In this document: positions 1 through 13,966 of the stretch, piece by piece
How the letters are laid out: every line of letters starts with the position of its first letter
Position numbering within the stretch: the first letter of the stretch is position 1
Source: Eledone cirrhosa
Lineage: Eukaryota
Direction of reading: 5' to 3'
NCBI GenBank assembly: GCA_964016885.1
Contig: OZ024742.1
Coordinates: 64,108,001-64,172,000, forward strand
Length of the DNA stretch: 64,000 nt
Notes under the pieces: generated by a model
Told to the model about the DNA's origin: nothing
Seen by the model: only the letters and a program-made list of their open reading frames with translations
The model's database searches: none
Made by a program: the position numbers and the translations under genes

Positions 1-292
1 AAATTTGAGGTGGTATGCAGGAGAGAAGACTGCATTGGTTTGAACATGTGATACACATGGACAATGATCATTGGGTGAAGTTGTATCAGGATTTGTCCAG
101 TGGAAGGAAGTCATGGTAGAGGTAGACCAAGAAAGACCTGGGCAAAGGTTGTGAGAGCTGACCTCAAATCACTGAGACTCGGAGGCGATGACAAAGGATC
201 GCGATGAGTGGAGAGATGCCATGCTGAGAAGGGCTCATCCAACCCATGCAAGCGAGAAAAAGCAGACATAAAAACAATGATGATGATGATGA
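1..292 (+). mobile_element. RTE-clade LINE 3' fragment
   Basis: Decayed RRLHWFEHV...GRGRPRKTWAKVV C-terminus followed by a (GAT)n tail; same family as 5970-6662. Confidence 0.8.
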
Positions 293-446
293 TAAATATA
301 GAGTTTATTGGTGTGTAACGTTTAGTTTCTATTGGTGCGCCAGTTTTAGCACTCAATGCAATACGGGTCTGGTTGCCAATGTGGTATTCCACATTTGGTA
401 TTACACCGTAGTTGGTATGCATAAGAAGCAGTGTTAATAATAATAA

Positions 447-541
447 TAATTGTTTCTACTATTGGCACATGGCCAGCAATTATCCCAGTGCATTACTGGT
501 GCTTTATTTTATTGACCCCGTAAGGATGTAAGGCAAAGTTA
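447..541 (-). mobile_element. tRNA-derived SINE, 3' half
   Basis: Matches the reverse complement of the full SINE at 50984-51180 (gcctttcatccttacggggtcgataaaataaagtaccag core, (ATT)n tail). Confidence 0.8.
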
Positions 542-549
542 AATAATAA

Positions 550-3500
550 TAAGGAGAAGCAGGAATATAGTATCCCCCGTTACTTTTCAACAACAACCGA
601 TGACTGTGTCTTCCCCTACCATGGCTGTTGAAGAAGAACAACAACAAAAATCGACCGTCAATATGGAGTTTGCAGAAATACGGCAGATGATTTCCACTTT
701 AAGCCGAGAAATAGCAGGAATCAAATCAAGCGTTCGTGTAGAACCTCACAATGAGGGATCTTACCGGCGTGCCTTGTTAAAAAATCTCCACATACCTCTT
801 GCAGAATCTAGACACATTGAGAATGCCACTGAATCTGTAAACCACAAAGTGATTGCCATTGGTGTACCAGAAGACATAGTTGATCTTCAGATATTTGCTG
901 CCAGTTCATCCAAAGACTTGGGCCTTGCTCCCCTGAAGGCTGCTCTACGCCTTGGCTGACCAGGTCCGAAACCAAGGCTAATTAGACTGTCTTTTTCGAA
1001 GTGAACTGAGGCACGTTCATATCTTTTGGCCTCTGATAAAGCTGGATTGCCTTCCGAACACGCCCTGGTCTTCCACCTGATGTCTGCCCAAAGCTGCGTG
1101 TTGCAGCTTCCTTAAACTGCAACTCAGCAGAACATGAAAGCTTCAGCCTACGTGATGATGGGCAGATATGGAAGTTTATTAAGGCTGGTGAAACATGGAA
1201 AAGAGATACCAGCTGGTCTGAAAACACTGTACCCATAACTGACAAAAAGAAAAACTGAAAAAACTCGGAAACTAAATCAGAACCTGCCACCCCCTGTACA
1301 TAATCATAGACTGAAATCAAGGTACAAATTGTTGTCCTTAAATGCATGTAGTCTATGCAATAAGATACATCTTTTTGACTCTACGTCAAAAGTATCAGCC
1401 CTGACTTCATTACAGTCATGGAAACATGGGCACATTCCTTACTCTGTGATGGGGTTTTCAGCATAACTGGTTACAACTTGTTTCATAAAGACCGCATTAA
1501 TTGTTGTTGTGGTGGTGGTGTAATGGTCTACGTTCGGTCAACTTTTTCAGCAATTCCTTGTGTTGATTTGAACCAATCACAGCAAGAAGTATTTTTCTGC
1601 GATATGTCAACACTGCTACTTGGAGTTGTTTGCCCTCCCCCAAATTACCATCAGGACACTCAACTTATCCTCAGAGCTGCTGCCAGGAAAACAGCCACTT
1701 GTTTTTATTGCAGGGGACTTCAATCACCCTGAGATTGACAGGGAAACTTTCCGTTGGCCGCAAAGTACAAATGATTTCTTTGAGCTAGTGCTGGACTCGA
1801 ACTGGTCCCAAGTAGTCACTTCCCCAACAAGAGGTGACAACACTTTGGATCTACTCTTCACTACTACTCCTGAAACTGTTATTAGTGTTACTACTGAGGA
1901 ACCTTTAGGTGACTCTGATCATGCTATGATCATTGCCAATCTGTCCCTCATGGGCAGTAACAAAAACCACAACCATCTCCAAACTGCTCACTTTGACTGG
2001 AACTGTCACTGCAACGTCCAAACTGGCTTGAGTTTTATGACTCTGGAGATGTCAACACTGTACTCCAGAACATCTTGAACTCAATATGGACAGCATGTGC
2101 AGCATCGGTGTCACGTAAGCAGAAAAAACATCCCAAAAGTGCAATTTGGGAGACTGCAACAGTCCATCTTGCCAGGAAAGAACGTTGTAATGCTGAACGT
2201 GAGTACAAACTGCATAAATCAGATATCAATAGGAAAAAGCGAAATAAATCATCCAACCATATCAAGCAAGTGACAAAAAAGGTAGTGCTTGAATTTGAGC
2301 AGCGCATAGCAACCAACCCTGACAGTAAGGTGTTCTGGAAGTATGTTTACTCAAAGCAGAGGCCTCACTTTCCAGTTGGTCCTCTTCGCAATCTCCACAC
2401 AAGCCAGGTTACTGACGACCCCAAGGAATGTGCAGAACTCATTGCTGAATGCTATGCAGGCATTTTCACTGTTGAAGACCAGAGTGTACCATCTCCACCT
2501 CCTCCAACATCGGATTCTATTACAACTATGGAATTTACACCTGCGATGTCACCTTAAAAATAAACGCAACCATGCCTTTCCTGGTCTTGATGGTGTTACG
2601 TACCTGTTTCTCAAACATGGTGGGTACTTCCTTCTGCACCAGCTATCACGCTTCTTCCAATTCTGTCTGAACAGTGCTACTCCAGAACAGTGGAAAACTG
2701 CCAGTATCATTCCTGTTCAAAAAGGGTGACTGCACATCACCTGTGAACTATCGTCCAGTCAGTCTTATTAGCTGCATTGTCAAACTGATGGAATCCTGTG
2801 TCAGAGAAACACTTTGGAACTTCTGGAACTCTCGCAGTCTTATCCAGCCCTCCCAATTTGGATTTATCCCTAACACCAGTTGCTGTGATCAACTTAACAA
2901 GTTTCTTGTAGATGTCACCCAGATCACTGATGGCGGCTCATGGGTGGGTGTTGTTTACCTTGACTTTGCTAAAGTTTTAATTCTGTGCCACACAAAATAC
3001 TTATGGCAAAAATCTCTGCAATGGGTGTGAAGGATGATCTTTTTAACTGGTTGAAGTCCTTCATTCTCAGTCGAAGAGAGGTAGTCACGGTTCTAGGACA
3101 GTATTCCTCACCATATGAGATGTCATCCGGTGTACCACAGGGATCTGTTCTTGGCCCCCTTTTGTTTGTGGCATATATTAATGACATAGATGCCAACTTA
3201 AAGAATGCCACAGTACTGAAATATGCAGATGACATCAAGCTGTACTTTGAGATAAAAAGGACAGATCCTGAACACTATAGATCTTGCCTGCAATCTGACC
3301 TGGACACAATGCAACAATGGATCACAGACTGGCAACTCAAGCTGGCTATGGACAAGTGTACTACCATGCATTTTGAGAGTAAAAACCCAGCATCTACATA
3401 CTCCCTCCACAACACTAATATCAAGAAGTCTTCTTGTGAACGTGACCTGGGCATTACTGTCAGCAGCGATTTGTGTTGGACGAAGCACATCTCTAAAATT

Positions 3501-4172
3501 GTCAAGAAGACCGAGGGTGTCCTAGCATCACTCAGCAAGACCTTTGTCAGCCGCTCTCCAGCTATCTATTTAAAGCTGTATATAGCTATGGTGCGGTCAC
3601 ACTTAGAATTTGCATCACCAGTCTGGAACCTCTATCTTGCTCAGAACATTGACCGCCTGGAAACTGTTCAGAGACGTACAACCAAGAGAATACCCACCAT
3701 CAGGCATCTACCATACTCTGAACGCCTTGTTTCCCTGGGCATGGATACATTGAAGCACCGACGTCTGGCAACTGACTTGGTAAACAGCCACAGAATTATT
3801 AACCATCTTGCCAACAACAACCCTGAGTACCTTTTTGATTTCCATGTGTCTAACACACGTGGGCATGCCTACAAAGTCAGAAAACAGCACAGTTCCCATG
3901 ACTTTCAGAAACATTTTTTCACGCTCAGAGTTGCTGAAGCATGGAACAAACTACCTGCATCAGTTGTTAGCTGTCGAGACACTGCATCCTTTAAAACTTC
4001 CATGCTTCCTGAGATTCGCAATACTACACCTAATATTCCCCCTCCATACATACGCACACATGTATATCATGACTCATACACTTCCCTGACATTTGCATAT
4101 TATTCTATGTACTATACATGCACCTTTGATGAGTTGTAGTGCACCTGAGCACTGTACACAATAATTTCATTA
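550..4172 (+). mobile_element. Near full-length CR1-like LINE (ORF1 remnant plus frameshifted APE-RT ORF2)
   Basis: APE motifs (METW, AGDFNHP, PTRGDNTLDL, LGDSDH); RT motifs (NYRPVSL, YLDFAK, GVPQGSVLGPLLF, YADDIKL); C-terminal TRGH...RVAEAWNKLP. Multiple frameshifts. Lies antisense within the NTMT1 intron. Confidence 0.92.
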
Positions 4173-4449
4173 ATACACTGGCATAATTGCTGGCCTTGTG
4201 CCAAAAGTAGAAATAATAATTATTATTATACACTGTTGTGAAATCTATCAGCAAAGCTTCATCTCCTTAAGTGTTTTTTTTTTTTTCATTTTACATCCGC
4301 TTTTCCCTGCTTGCAAGGGTGGGACGGGAACTGATTCTGGCTTGATTTCTACAGCTGGATGCCCTTCCTAACACCAACCTCATTTACAGTGAGTGCTGGG
4401 TGCTTTTTTTCCGTGGCACCTACACGACCACTTTGCAGTGGAATGATAT

Positions 4450-4611
4450 GGACTCCAGTCCCTATCATCTCATTTCTACAGCTGAGTAAACTGGAGCAAT
4501 GTGAAATAAAGTGTCTTGCTCAAGGAAACAACACATCACCCAGTCTGAGAATTGAACTCACAACCTTTCGATTGCAAGGCCAATGCTCTAACCACTAAGC
4601 CATGTGCCTCC
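4450..4611 (-). mobile_element. tRNA-headed SINE (second family)
   Basis: Minus strand reads ggaggcacatggcttagtggttagagc (A box)...gagttcaattc (B box)...tttccttgagcaagacact; related copy near 58935-59057. Confidence 0.75.
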
Positions 4612-4647
4612 ATTGTTATATTTAGAAAAAATAAAAACATTGTTAAT

Positions 4648-5125
4648 AGGCTATGTAGCCGGTAAACCCTAAAAGGATGCAACACATATATCGCTATAGT
4701 CATTCACCAGCCCCTTCCTTCCTTAACCATTCATAGATCTGTATTTAATAATTTTGTATAATGTGTCTATTTATGAATATGTATGAATAGATGTGTGTGT
4801 GTAGGAGGGGGTTGGGTGCACATCTGTATCTGTTTATGTATTTACGTGTAGATGTGTGTATGTGTGGGCTTGCACTTCAGTTGTCTGTATCTGTTTATGC
4901 ATTTACGTGTAGATATGTGTGTATGTAACTAAAGCGTAACATACGTTACGAATGGACGACTAAATGATTTAAACTGGTTTTTCTAAAAATTGATGGAGGA
5001 AAAGATTTCAAATTGTCTTAACTCAGACCGTAAAAGGCCGCAACTCATGGTGTCTGGTACTCTTACCGGCTATATATATATATATAGCCTGAGAGTCGAT
5101 TTTACCGGGACTGGCTACATAGCCT
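4648..5125. mobile_element. Non-autonomous TIR element (MITE)
   Basis: 13-bp terminal inverted repeat AGGCTATGTAGCC / GGCTACATAGCCT, plus subterminal ccggtaaa / tttaccgg. Confidence 0.55.
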
Positions 5126-5205
5126 CTTCCAACATTGTCTATAAACACGATTCATATCTTAATAAATGGTGTTTATACAGTTGAAAATAAGGCCATATAT
5201 ATTAA

Positions 5206-5406
5206 CCCTTTAGCATTTACATTACTCTATATTTACCATTATATTTTCGCAGTAAAGGCTTCACCTCACATAATATCAAATCTATGAGATTTTGATATTA
5301 TTTATTTTGAGAACAATACCTTAACATCAGTATGAGTAGCAAGTTACAGCTAGTTTGAACACAAAGAGGTGAGAGAATTCTGGCCCGATACGACCAGTTT
5401 AAAGGG
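5206..5406. mobile_element. piggyBac-type MITE
   Basis: TTAA|CCCTTTA...TAAAGGG|TTAA ends; a second copy in the opposite orientation lies at about 60437-60675. Confidence 0.75.
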
Positions 5407-5593
5407 TTAAAATAGCATGTTTGTATAATTCAACTAAGTAACTTGGTTAAAGTTGTTTGGGTAATCCTTCGTCTTATGTCGAAGTGATGTAAACACTGAT
5501 TCCGGCTGTCTCCGTGCTGGAAGTCGTCTGTTTTCGATTTTCTAGTTGCTAAACAGGCCGTGCACAATATATGCACGTGTGTATTTTCGGCAA

Positions 5594-7040
5594 TCTATAC
5601 TATAAAGCTGGCGGCCGTATGTAGGTAACAAACTTTCCACCAAACGGCTGGACCAAACAGCACCATAGATGTAACTTTTTCCAAGTAAAAAAGTGAGAGT
5701 ATTTTCGTCTACCTAATTTTGTTAAAAGACATTACTTAAATATTCACCTCTTTAAAATTTTCAAATGTCAACACTTCGGATTATACGACATTCCTAACGT
5801 CTTCACGAACCAAAGTATCATCTTCCTGTTTTCTTTCGATTGCAACGTTTTTCGAAATATTTACTTCTGCGTTCACAGATTGATTTTTTTTTAGTTTCAG
5901 AAGATCCCGTTAAGAGTGAAAACAGCGATTCTTTGCTTAAACTTTAATCTGTTATTTTAATATATATATAACAGGTAGGGAGAAATACGTATACAGTAGA
6001 TGTACAGGGAAATAAGGAAATTAGACAGTAGAAGTCGCATTGATAGACACATTTTTCAAATGCAGGCGGGTGCTATAGAAGTGGTGGATAGCTTCCGGTA
6101 CCTAGGAGATCAGATTAGCATGGGAGGGGGGTGTTCCGAGGCCATAGTATCTAGAATAAGGACGTGTTGGAAGAAGTTTGGGGAGCTGCTTCCTCTGCTG
6201 ACGAAGAAGGGTTTCTCCCTGCGTACGAAAGGCCGGTTATATGATGCTTGTGTGAGGAGCGCGATGCTGCATGGTGGTGAGACATGGGCAGCAACTGCAG
6301 AGGATATGCGACGGCTGGAGAGAAATGAGGCAAGCATGCTCCGTTGGATGTGCAGTGTCAAAGTGCGTGAACGACCCAGCATGAATGTGTTGAGAGAGAA
6401 ACTGTGTCTGAGAGGGATAAAATGTAGTGTGCGAGAGAGGAGACTGAGGTGGTATGGACATGTGATGCGCATGGAGGATGACCGATGGGTGAAGAAGTGC
6501 CAGGAAATGCTAGTTGAAGGAAGACGTGGTAGAGGTAGACCACGAAAAACATGGGCGGAGGTGGTGAGAACAGACCTGACAAGTGGAGAGATGCTGTGCT
6601 GAATAAGACCCGTCCCACCCTTGCAAGCAGGGAAGAGCGGGACGTAAAATGATGATGATGATATATAATTATATATTCGTGTACAGATATTTTTGCATAC
6701 ACAAAAACAAAATATAAACAAACGTATTTATTTCACGAAAGCACAGACGGCTTATCGTCATTGTTACTGCCGATATGCCGCCCAAAAAGTCCTAACCTGG
6801 CCGCAAGATCAGATTTTCCAGAAGAAAAAAATGTTACTAGAGCATCAGAGGGACTAAGCTTCGCGATTACCATCAACAAAGTTCAGGGTCAAACCCTAAA
6901 AGTGGCTGGCCTTCATCTGGGAAAACCATGGTCAATTGTATGTAGGAAGCTCTAGGGTGAGCTCGCCAAACAATCTCTTCATCTTTGCTCCAGAGGGCCG
7001 AACAAAAAATATTGTATACTCTGAGGCTCTAACAATGTAA
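5594..7040 (+). mobile_element. Helitron remnant (5' end and PIF1 helicase C-terminus), interrupted by an RTE fragment
   Basis: a|TCTATACTATAAAGCTG start. 6854-7040 encodes LSFAITINKVQGQTLKVAGLHL..(frameshift)..HGQLYVGSSRV...FAPEGRTKNIVYSEAL, the typical RepHel C-terminus. Confidence 0.8.
5970..6662 (+). mobile_element. RTE LINE 3' fragment
   Basis: ORF 6000-6602 with VDSFRYLGD, KGRLYDACVRSAMLHG.ETW, RRLRWYGHVMR, GRGRPRKTW; (GAT)n tail. Confidence 0.92.
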
Positions 7041-8840
7041 TTTATGTATTTTCTGTTACTTGGAATTTCCATTATGGTTGTACAAATTATTGTAAAGTTT
7101 GTTAAAAAATGTGTTCTCTGTTCAACCTTTGTTATAACTATCAATTTTCTTTAACGTACTGGCTGAGAAAAGAAACCTACAATGAAAGAACATCTTAAAG
7201 TTTACCCAAGCCAAATGTATTTATTAACATTTCTATCTGCAGGTCCTTAACAGGCTTACTGGCGCTTTAGTATGGTATTCAATTCTCATATAGTTTTTGA
7301 TTGATTTGGTGCATATATCGCAGCTATTCATATGTTTTAAACATTAGATAACGATTGCTGATGTATATTGTACGACAGAATTAGCTGAAAAATATTTTGA
7401 ATGAACAAATAAAAGGGAGATGTTTGTTAGTTGATTCCTTCGCGTGTCACACGAAAAAAACGAAAAGTGACAATCGGAAAGTATATACAGGATTGGGATA
7501 AGAGTATATCCAGGAAAGTTTATTGATACTAATTTTATAACACCAAAGAAGAAGAAAGACATACCACGTATGCTAACCAACCTGACTGCTATTTCTAGCA
7601 GGTTGGAAATCAACCATAAGGGATTCTCTCTGCGAGTTCATTGTCAGTGATGATCGTGTTTCGCGGCCTATGTCTCCGATTCCAACGGTGGATTACACAC
7701 ACATATATATATATATACACACACTGTAAACAAGACAATGTATTCAATACAGACGTTTTCTCTTCTGCCGGTCTTCTCTTATCATTTGTTAACCTTGGCG
7801 AAGCTGGGTACCTCAGCTCGTTTCTAATATGTATGAAAAGATTGTTGAAGAAACTTACAGATACAAATACAACAGAAACCAATAGCATGAATAAAAGTTA
7901 AAATTATACATGATCTGTCTATTTACATCGTTTAGACCTAAAACGAATAATCGCGGTAATTTGCACACCACAAGCTGCAGAAACCTCAATTATTTCCCCC
8001 GGAGTCTTCTAGGGACCTTTAAAATACATGACTACCTAACTTATAGTTATTTCTGTTAATTAGAGATTGTTCTGTAAGATGTTGCTGATTTGTACTGTAT
8101 GTATATTAAATTCCACCGATGTGGATTTTAGATATTAAAAATAACATTTCATTTAAAAAAGACAATAACAAAATTATCTATTAAAATATTAAATAAATGA
8201 AAGTTAAAAATATATACACTTCTTAGGAAGAAGTGTATATATTTTATTCACAGTTGTATAAACAACATTACAAATTTATCACAATTCTTTCGGAATGAAA
8301 ATATAAAGAAACTAATTATAAAATAACGATATTTTTGTTTCATTCAACAATGAATATGTAAAGTTGTAAAAGTATTTTTTTTTTTCAATAACACTCGAGG
8401 TGACGTGGTTGCTACATTTGCTAGAAAAAGGATCGGAATCTTTCTCAAATCCCACCTCATTGTCTTAAAAGACGAAAGACACAATGGAAAAAATAGCCCC
8501 CGGAAATACAAAGTGACGGGATGATCGTGGCAGGAACGGCTTTGGTGAGAGGTAATCGGAGACAAAATAAAGCAAAGCAATAAACGACCCTATATACACG
8601 GTCAATCATGAAACAGCAGCTAATTCGCAACCTAATGTATGTTTTAATTAATACATTGAATAACGCAAATTAGAAAGAAAAAAAAAGAGAGATGGCTATG
8701 GCTAGAAAATATGATTATAGGTGCGTTGGCTAAGGGTTGATCTGGCGGTAAAACGCAACATGCTCCCAACAACCCCTCCACACACACACACATCCATTTC
8801 AAACTACATATAACCATGTGCTTTCAATTATTTTACTCAC

Positions 8841-8993
8841 CGTCAGAAAGGAACGAAGGAAAATTGAGGAAGTTTTTATGTCTATCGTGGAAACTTGTGG
8901 AAAGCCGCCAAGCATGCCATCAATTGTGGCCGGTACCTTATCCCAGTAACATTTAGAGTTTTCGTAATATTCTTCTCCTTCTTTCGAAGCCAT
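8841..8993 (-). CDS. NTMT1: First coding exon of N-terminal Xaa-Pro-Lys N-methyltransferase 1 (NTMT1/METTL11A-like)
   Basis: MASKEGEEYYENSKCYWDKVPATIDGMLGGFPQVSTIDIKTSSIFLRSFLT contains the family motif Y....YW..vP.T.DGMLGG...is..Di..S..FL. It spans 51 codons and ends at a phase-0 donor, ACG|GTGAGT (8840). Confidence 0.9.
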
Positions 8994-9010
8994 CTTACAC
9001 AACAGAACTC

Positions 9011-9101
9011 CTAAATAAACTTACATTTGTTACAACTTGGCGCTTTAGTCTTTTTTATTCTGTTTTTATACATATTTATTGTTTTTTATCTACCAACTTA
9101 C
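9011..9101 (-). other. Probable short 5'UTR intron of NTMT1
   Basis: Minus-strand GTAAGT at 9101 and TTTATTTAG acceptor at 9011, 17 nt upstream of the ATG. Confidence 0.45.
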
Positions 9102-9479
9102 TTCCCTTCGGATCTGCCTGCTTACTTCCCTTTAAATTTGCCTATTACTGATGCTTTTTGATAATTTGATTGTTGTTGTTGTTTTACATAATTTGGTTAT
9201 CTCCCTTTAGCTAGACTAGAATCTGGGAAATTCGATGCCATGTCCATACATGATTTGCCTTGGGCCTTTTAACCCATCCATCTATAGGTTTGAGTACAGC
9301 CATTTACTTCCAGAGAGATATAGAGGAAGGATCAACCCTAATATATAAGATTAAATACTAGTACATACATATAATCAATTAATTATTTCTAGGAACCTTA
9401 CAAATATAATACACAAAAATATATAATCAAAGCGAGATAAAAAAAGAGGGAAAAATATCAATTCAACACTAAGTGTGTC

Positions 9480-10740
9480 AATCGGTTATACACCACAAGG
9501 GCCATTGAAAATTTTTGAGGCAAGCCAACACGCTTGCGGCATTACCACGGGTGGTGGTGAAGCTAAGGCACTGAAACAACCAAGCACCTTCACAGGCATC
9601 ACTTGACCCCTCAGTAAGGCAAGCTACTAAAATGACAACAAGAACTTCACAGTCAGCAGACCAGCACCCTCAAACATCTCAAACACTACAGGCTTGAAGA
9701 AATAGTTTACCAATAAGTCCCAGTATTTTAGAATTTCATTCTGTTCGACTATAGAAGCAGTAGCCCTCACATTTACCTTAGCATCCAGGGTGTAGGGGGA
9801 AAGCCAAAGGATCACTGACTGTGGCATCCCAGATGAGACATCTACTTCTTACTCAGGGACAAAGAGTAAGACCATCTGGTCTCTTCTAATCAATTTTGGA
9901 TAATCCAGCCGGCTCCAGAGCTAGAGCCCGCTTAATGATGAAGTTTACCTTAGTATGGCAGGTGAAGTGACCAGCATTCAGGAGGCAAGACAAATCATGG
10001 CGACCTCTGTAGTCAAGGAGCCTACCACAGCAACATCTCAGACCCAACCACAGATATTGGTTCCCACTCTGAGTGCAATGGAGATGCAGAGCTCAACCAG
10101 ACTGAGAGGACCACCAATGTTGGCCACATGCAGAGCATCAACGCAGTCTCCCAAGAATTTTGTGCTTGCAGAATGTAGGTGACACCTTGAAAATTGATAA
10201 GATTGATCAAAGAGTTGAAAGTAACACAGATTGTCTCATATTTTCTACTTCTGTCTATCCTCATCAGTATCAGGAACTGGCGAACCTAGCTCTTTCCACT
10301 ATAGCAGAGCTTCATCCATTTCCCTGTTGGAATTAGTCCATGCTGGGAAGGACAGGATTTTACCAACTTAAGTGGAACAAGCATGGATGGAGGAAAGAAA
10401 ACAAGGAAGAAACAGAGAGACAAGCATTTATGCAGACCTAGACCCTCAAATCGTTTGGGCAAGGCAGCCTGGTCATGGGACTCTGAAGAGAGTCTGACAT
10501 TAACCAAGCATTCAAGTTCACTGAAGGTTAAGTCGTCAATGGATTGGAGAGATGACAAGAATCTAAAAGAGGGACTAACTCTGAAAAAATACAACAACTT
10601 AGGAATCAACAAGTAATTCCTAAATATAAAAAATCCTTGCTGGAGCTCAGTAGCCTCAATGTTTTTTTCATAATTGCTCAAGGTTAGCCAACTTTGATCA
10701 AAAGATGGACTCAAAAGCTTGGTCAGTAATTGGGGATTGA
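9480..10740 (-). mobile_element. CRE-clade (restriction-like endonuclease) LINE remnant
   Basis: IPKLLYFFRVSP...NVRLS....QAALPKRFEGLGL, then frameshifted KRPDGLTL...LIWDATVSDPLA. Confidence 0.75.
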
Positions 10741-11069
10741 AGGGAGCACCACACTGAGGGAGGAACCACGATATAGAAGGAATCTGTAAACAGGTGGTAC
10801 TTTATCTATCGATCAAGAAAGAATGACAGGTAAAGTAGATCACTGTTGAAGAGAGAGAAAGCAATAATACATCATAAAAAGAGGAGAAAGATCCTTCAAC
10901 CTAACAGAAATATTTATGGATGATGGCACTTGTTATCCAGCAAATGAATATAAGAAAAATGAACAGAATTGTATTGTTATTCAAACAACAAAGAAAATTA
11001 TATAAGTTTGGACTACAACATCAGGAACAACAATGATAGCAACAAAACCAAAATAGAATTACTCATCTG

Positions 11070-12045
11070 TGAGATGACTGTTTCGAGTTAAAAAAAAAAC
11101 AGAACAAAAACAGCAACAGTGATGAGAAAAAAATCAAACCAGTCACAAACACCAACACCAGTGCAACAGCCAGAGCTGCTACAAGTACCAATGGAAGTCT
11201 TTCTTTCACCAATGCCACAATGTCCTTTCAAATCGGTAATTACTGTGAAGAAGAAGTAACACAGACTAGTTGGCTGATTGAAAGAATCAACCACACAGTG
11301 AACATCAACACCCCAGTCAACACCATCCAAGATCAAGTACATCACACGGTGATGTACTGTACAATCAGATTAAAGACGGGGCGTGTGGAGACAGCAAGCA
11401 AGGTCCAATACAAACTAGGCTCTGTCGGGAACCTAAAAGCATATATACAGAGAGGCCATAGTGGAAGTAAAATTTGCTACAGAAGATGAAGCAAAGTTTC
11501 ACTCACTAAAGCTCCTGAAAAGCAATGAAATCCTGCTCGTCCTGTAATTCTGTCACCAGAGACTGGCAAGAATCAGTGTACAGCAGGTGCCATCTGAAGT
11601 AGCCATTTCTTGGCTAATAGCTGTGGTCATGGTAGTCATTGAGGAGAAAACAGAAATCCTCAAAGTCTACCAAACAAAAAGTAAGAACCAGTTAAGTTAG
11701 GGGTAGAACTCTTCATCCAAACCAGTCAAAGAAATGTTGATGCTATAATATTTCCCAGGTGGAATCATCCTGCCCATAAATGTGGAGGGTAGAAGAGCAA
11801 AGTGCCACATTTGTACAGCATCAACCCATCTGAAGGCCTTCTATCCAACTCTAAAAGAGAAGAGACCCTTCTTGCAACGTCAAACACCCCACCAGCAATG
11901 GTTGCCAAGTCCAAACAGCAAAAACATGATGACAAGCAGGATGACCAGCAATATCAACAATGACAACAGCATCCACAACACCAGCGCCCACCATGACAAC
12001 AACAAAAAACCCAATCACAATTTTACACAAATGGAGAACAGTTAA
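11070..12045 (+). mobile_element. Decayed LINE ORF1 (gag-like, probably L1/Tx1)
   Basis: Degenerate zinc knuckle VEGRRAKCHIC...HLKA; segment 11305-11447 recurs at 13313-13458. Confidence 0.5.
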
Positions 12046-12665
12046 ATCCTCTTGGGTTTGTATCTGTTATCAAGGACACTTTCTGGAATATACTGGTACC
12101 ACATATCAGACATCTCTATATTAATTCGATGCAGATGGCACTTCACACTTTCACCAAGATGATATGTCTTTAGTCACTGTATGCAAGGCTTGGATTGAGG
12201 CTGAGATCAGTAGTGCTTCAGTCTCTCATTTTAGTCACTACAGGAGAGCAGATCTCAAGAACTTTCAATCTTTAATTCAGTTGTTTATTGTTCAAATTGG
12301 CCAATGTCTTTCCAACTACTGCTTTTCTTTTCTCTGTAGACTTATCTCTTAAACATTATTTCATTCTCCATTACTGCTAAGATATGCTGTAGAATTCTTT
12401 TGTTACTCTTTTTCAGCATAAGTGTATTGCTCCTATCATTTTTAGGGGTGCAAGCATTCATAATTTTCCAACAAAAATGACCAATTTTTTGACAATTTTG
12501 TTGAGGGTGAAGCTGCACCTACAACCCCACCCCAAGCAATACACCACTGTTTATTAGATGATACTTAATGGCTAACATTTCATTTTCAATTCATTCTGTA
12601 AAACTTATCAATCCTCTCCCTCCAATAGTGCATTTCATGTACAGCCAATTCACACTTGTCTTGAT

Positions 12666-12755
12666 AAGTAATAATAATGAAAATTATTGTATACAGTGCT
12701 CAGGTGCACTACAGCTCATCAAAGGTGCATGTATACTACATAGAATAATGTACAA
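12666..12755 (-). mobile_element. CR1-like LINE 3' tail
   Basis: Reverse complement of 4090-4172. Confidence 0.8.
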
Positions 12756-13139
12756 ATGGTCATCGTTTTTCTAGTTCTGCATTTCAACTCATCAATCTTT
12801 GCTATAGCCCTTGTCATAAGAAGCATCTACACTCTTGTCCGGACAGAATTTCTCTATGTGATGCTCACCTGTTTCACATCAGGCCAGGGAACATAGCAAA
12901 ACTCATACACTCATTCACACAAGTCATAACAAGCACTACACTCTGCCATGGCACACAGACCGTACTTCTAACATGACATCACTGGCCCTCGCTTCCGGCA
13001 AGACTTCCCCTGAACATACGGCTCCCTAGCCCCACAGTCCACTTAAAGATTCCAGATACAGCCCAGATGTTTACAGAAAAGATCAAGTTTCTGGCATACA
13101 GTTTATACATAAATAGAAGTTTTAGCCTGTGTAGGTATT

Positions 13140-13590
13140 TTTTTTAATTGTCTTTTACTGGGTCATACAATCTCTGGGATTTCTAGATATTTGTACCTGT
13201 CATCTCTTAGATTACTCAATTGTTCATCAGATGGTAATTTGGTGCCAGTTACATGGGACTTTTCCCCCTTTTCATGCCAGCAACTGCATACTTTGTTATG
13301 TCAAATTCCATGACACCCCAGTCAACACCATCCAAGATCGAGTACGTCACATGGTAATGTATTGTACAATCGGATTAAAGACAGGAAGTGTGGAAACAGC
13401 ATACGGGGCTCAAATACAAACAGCACCAGGTTCCATCTGGAACCTAAGAGCATATATACTGTCTGTATTAATGACTTTATTTGCCTTTCAGACTTCACAA
13501 ATAATTTCAAATCATCCTTAAACAACAGGTGGCTTAAATATAGATGAGAAACATCTTTTCCCAACTTATGCCACATCTTCACCTTGTTAT
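13140..13590 (-). mobile_element. R4/Dong-type RT fragment split by an ORF1 fragment
   Basis: HLLFKDDLKLFVKSE...IQTV | insert 13313-13458 | MEFDITKYAV.GMKRGK; collinear with 30470-30720. Confidence 0.7.
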
Positions 13591-13966
13591 TATTATTAAC
13601 TATGAAACATAATTTCTTTTTCAGTTCCTGTATATATGCTGCTACAAGTGAAAATTGTAAGGAAATAGGAAAACAGACACTGTAAAACTAATTATCTAAT
13701 TGATTGGTAATAAAACCAAAGTGAAAAACAAATAGTGCATATGTTTTTATTGGACTATTCCTGCAGTAGTCTCACTGGGAAGATGACATCAGTAGTGCTT
13801 CAGCCTAATGTAAAGTCAAGCTGTATCTCATCAAGATTAATTCTGTCTGTGATGGGAAGTTCGTTTAGTCTGCAGTAGAAGAGTCAAGCTCTGATGATAC
13901 AATTGATCACACTCCACACCCCTCCTCCCCAGAAAGACTAAAACAAAATAGAGAAGAGAAACCTCT

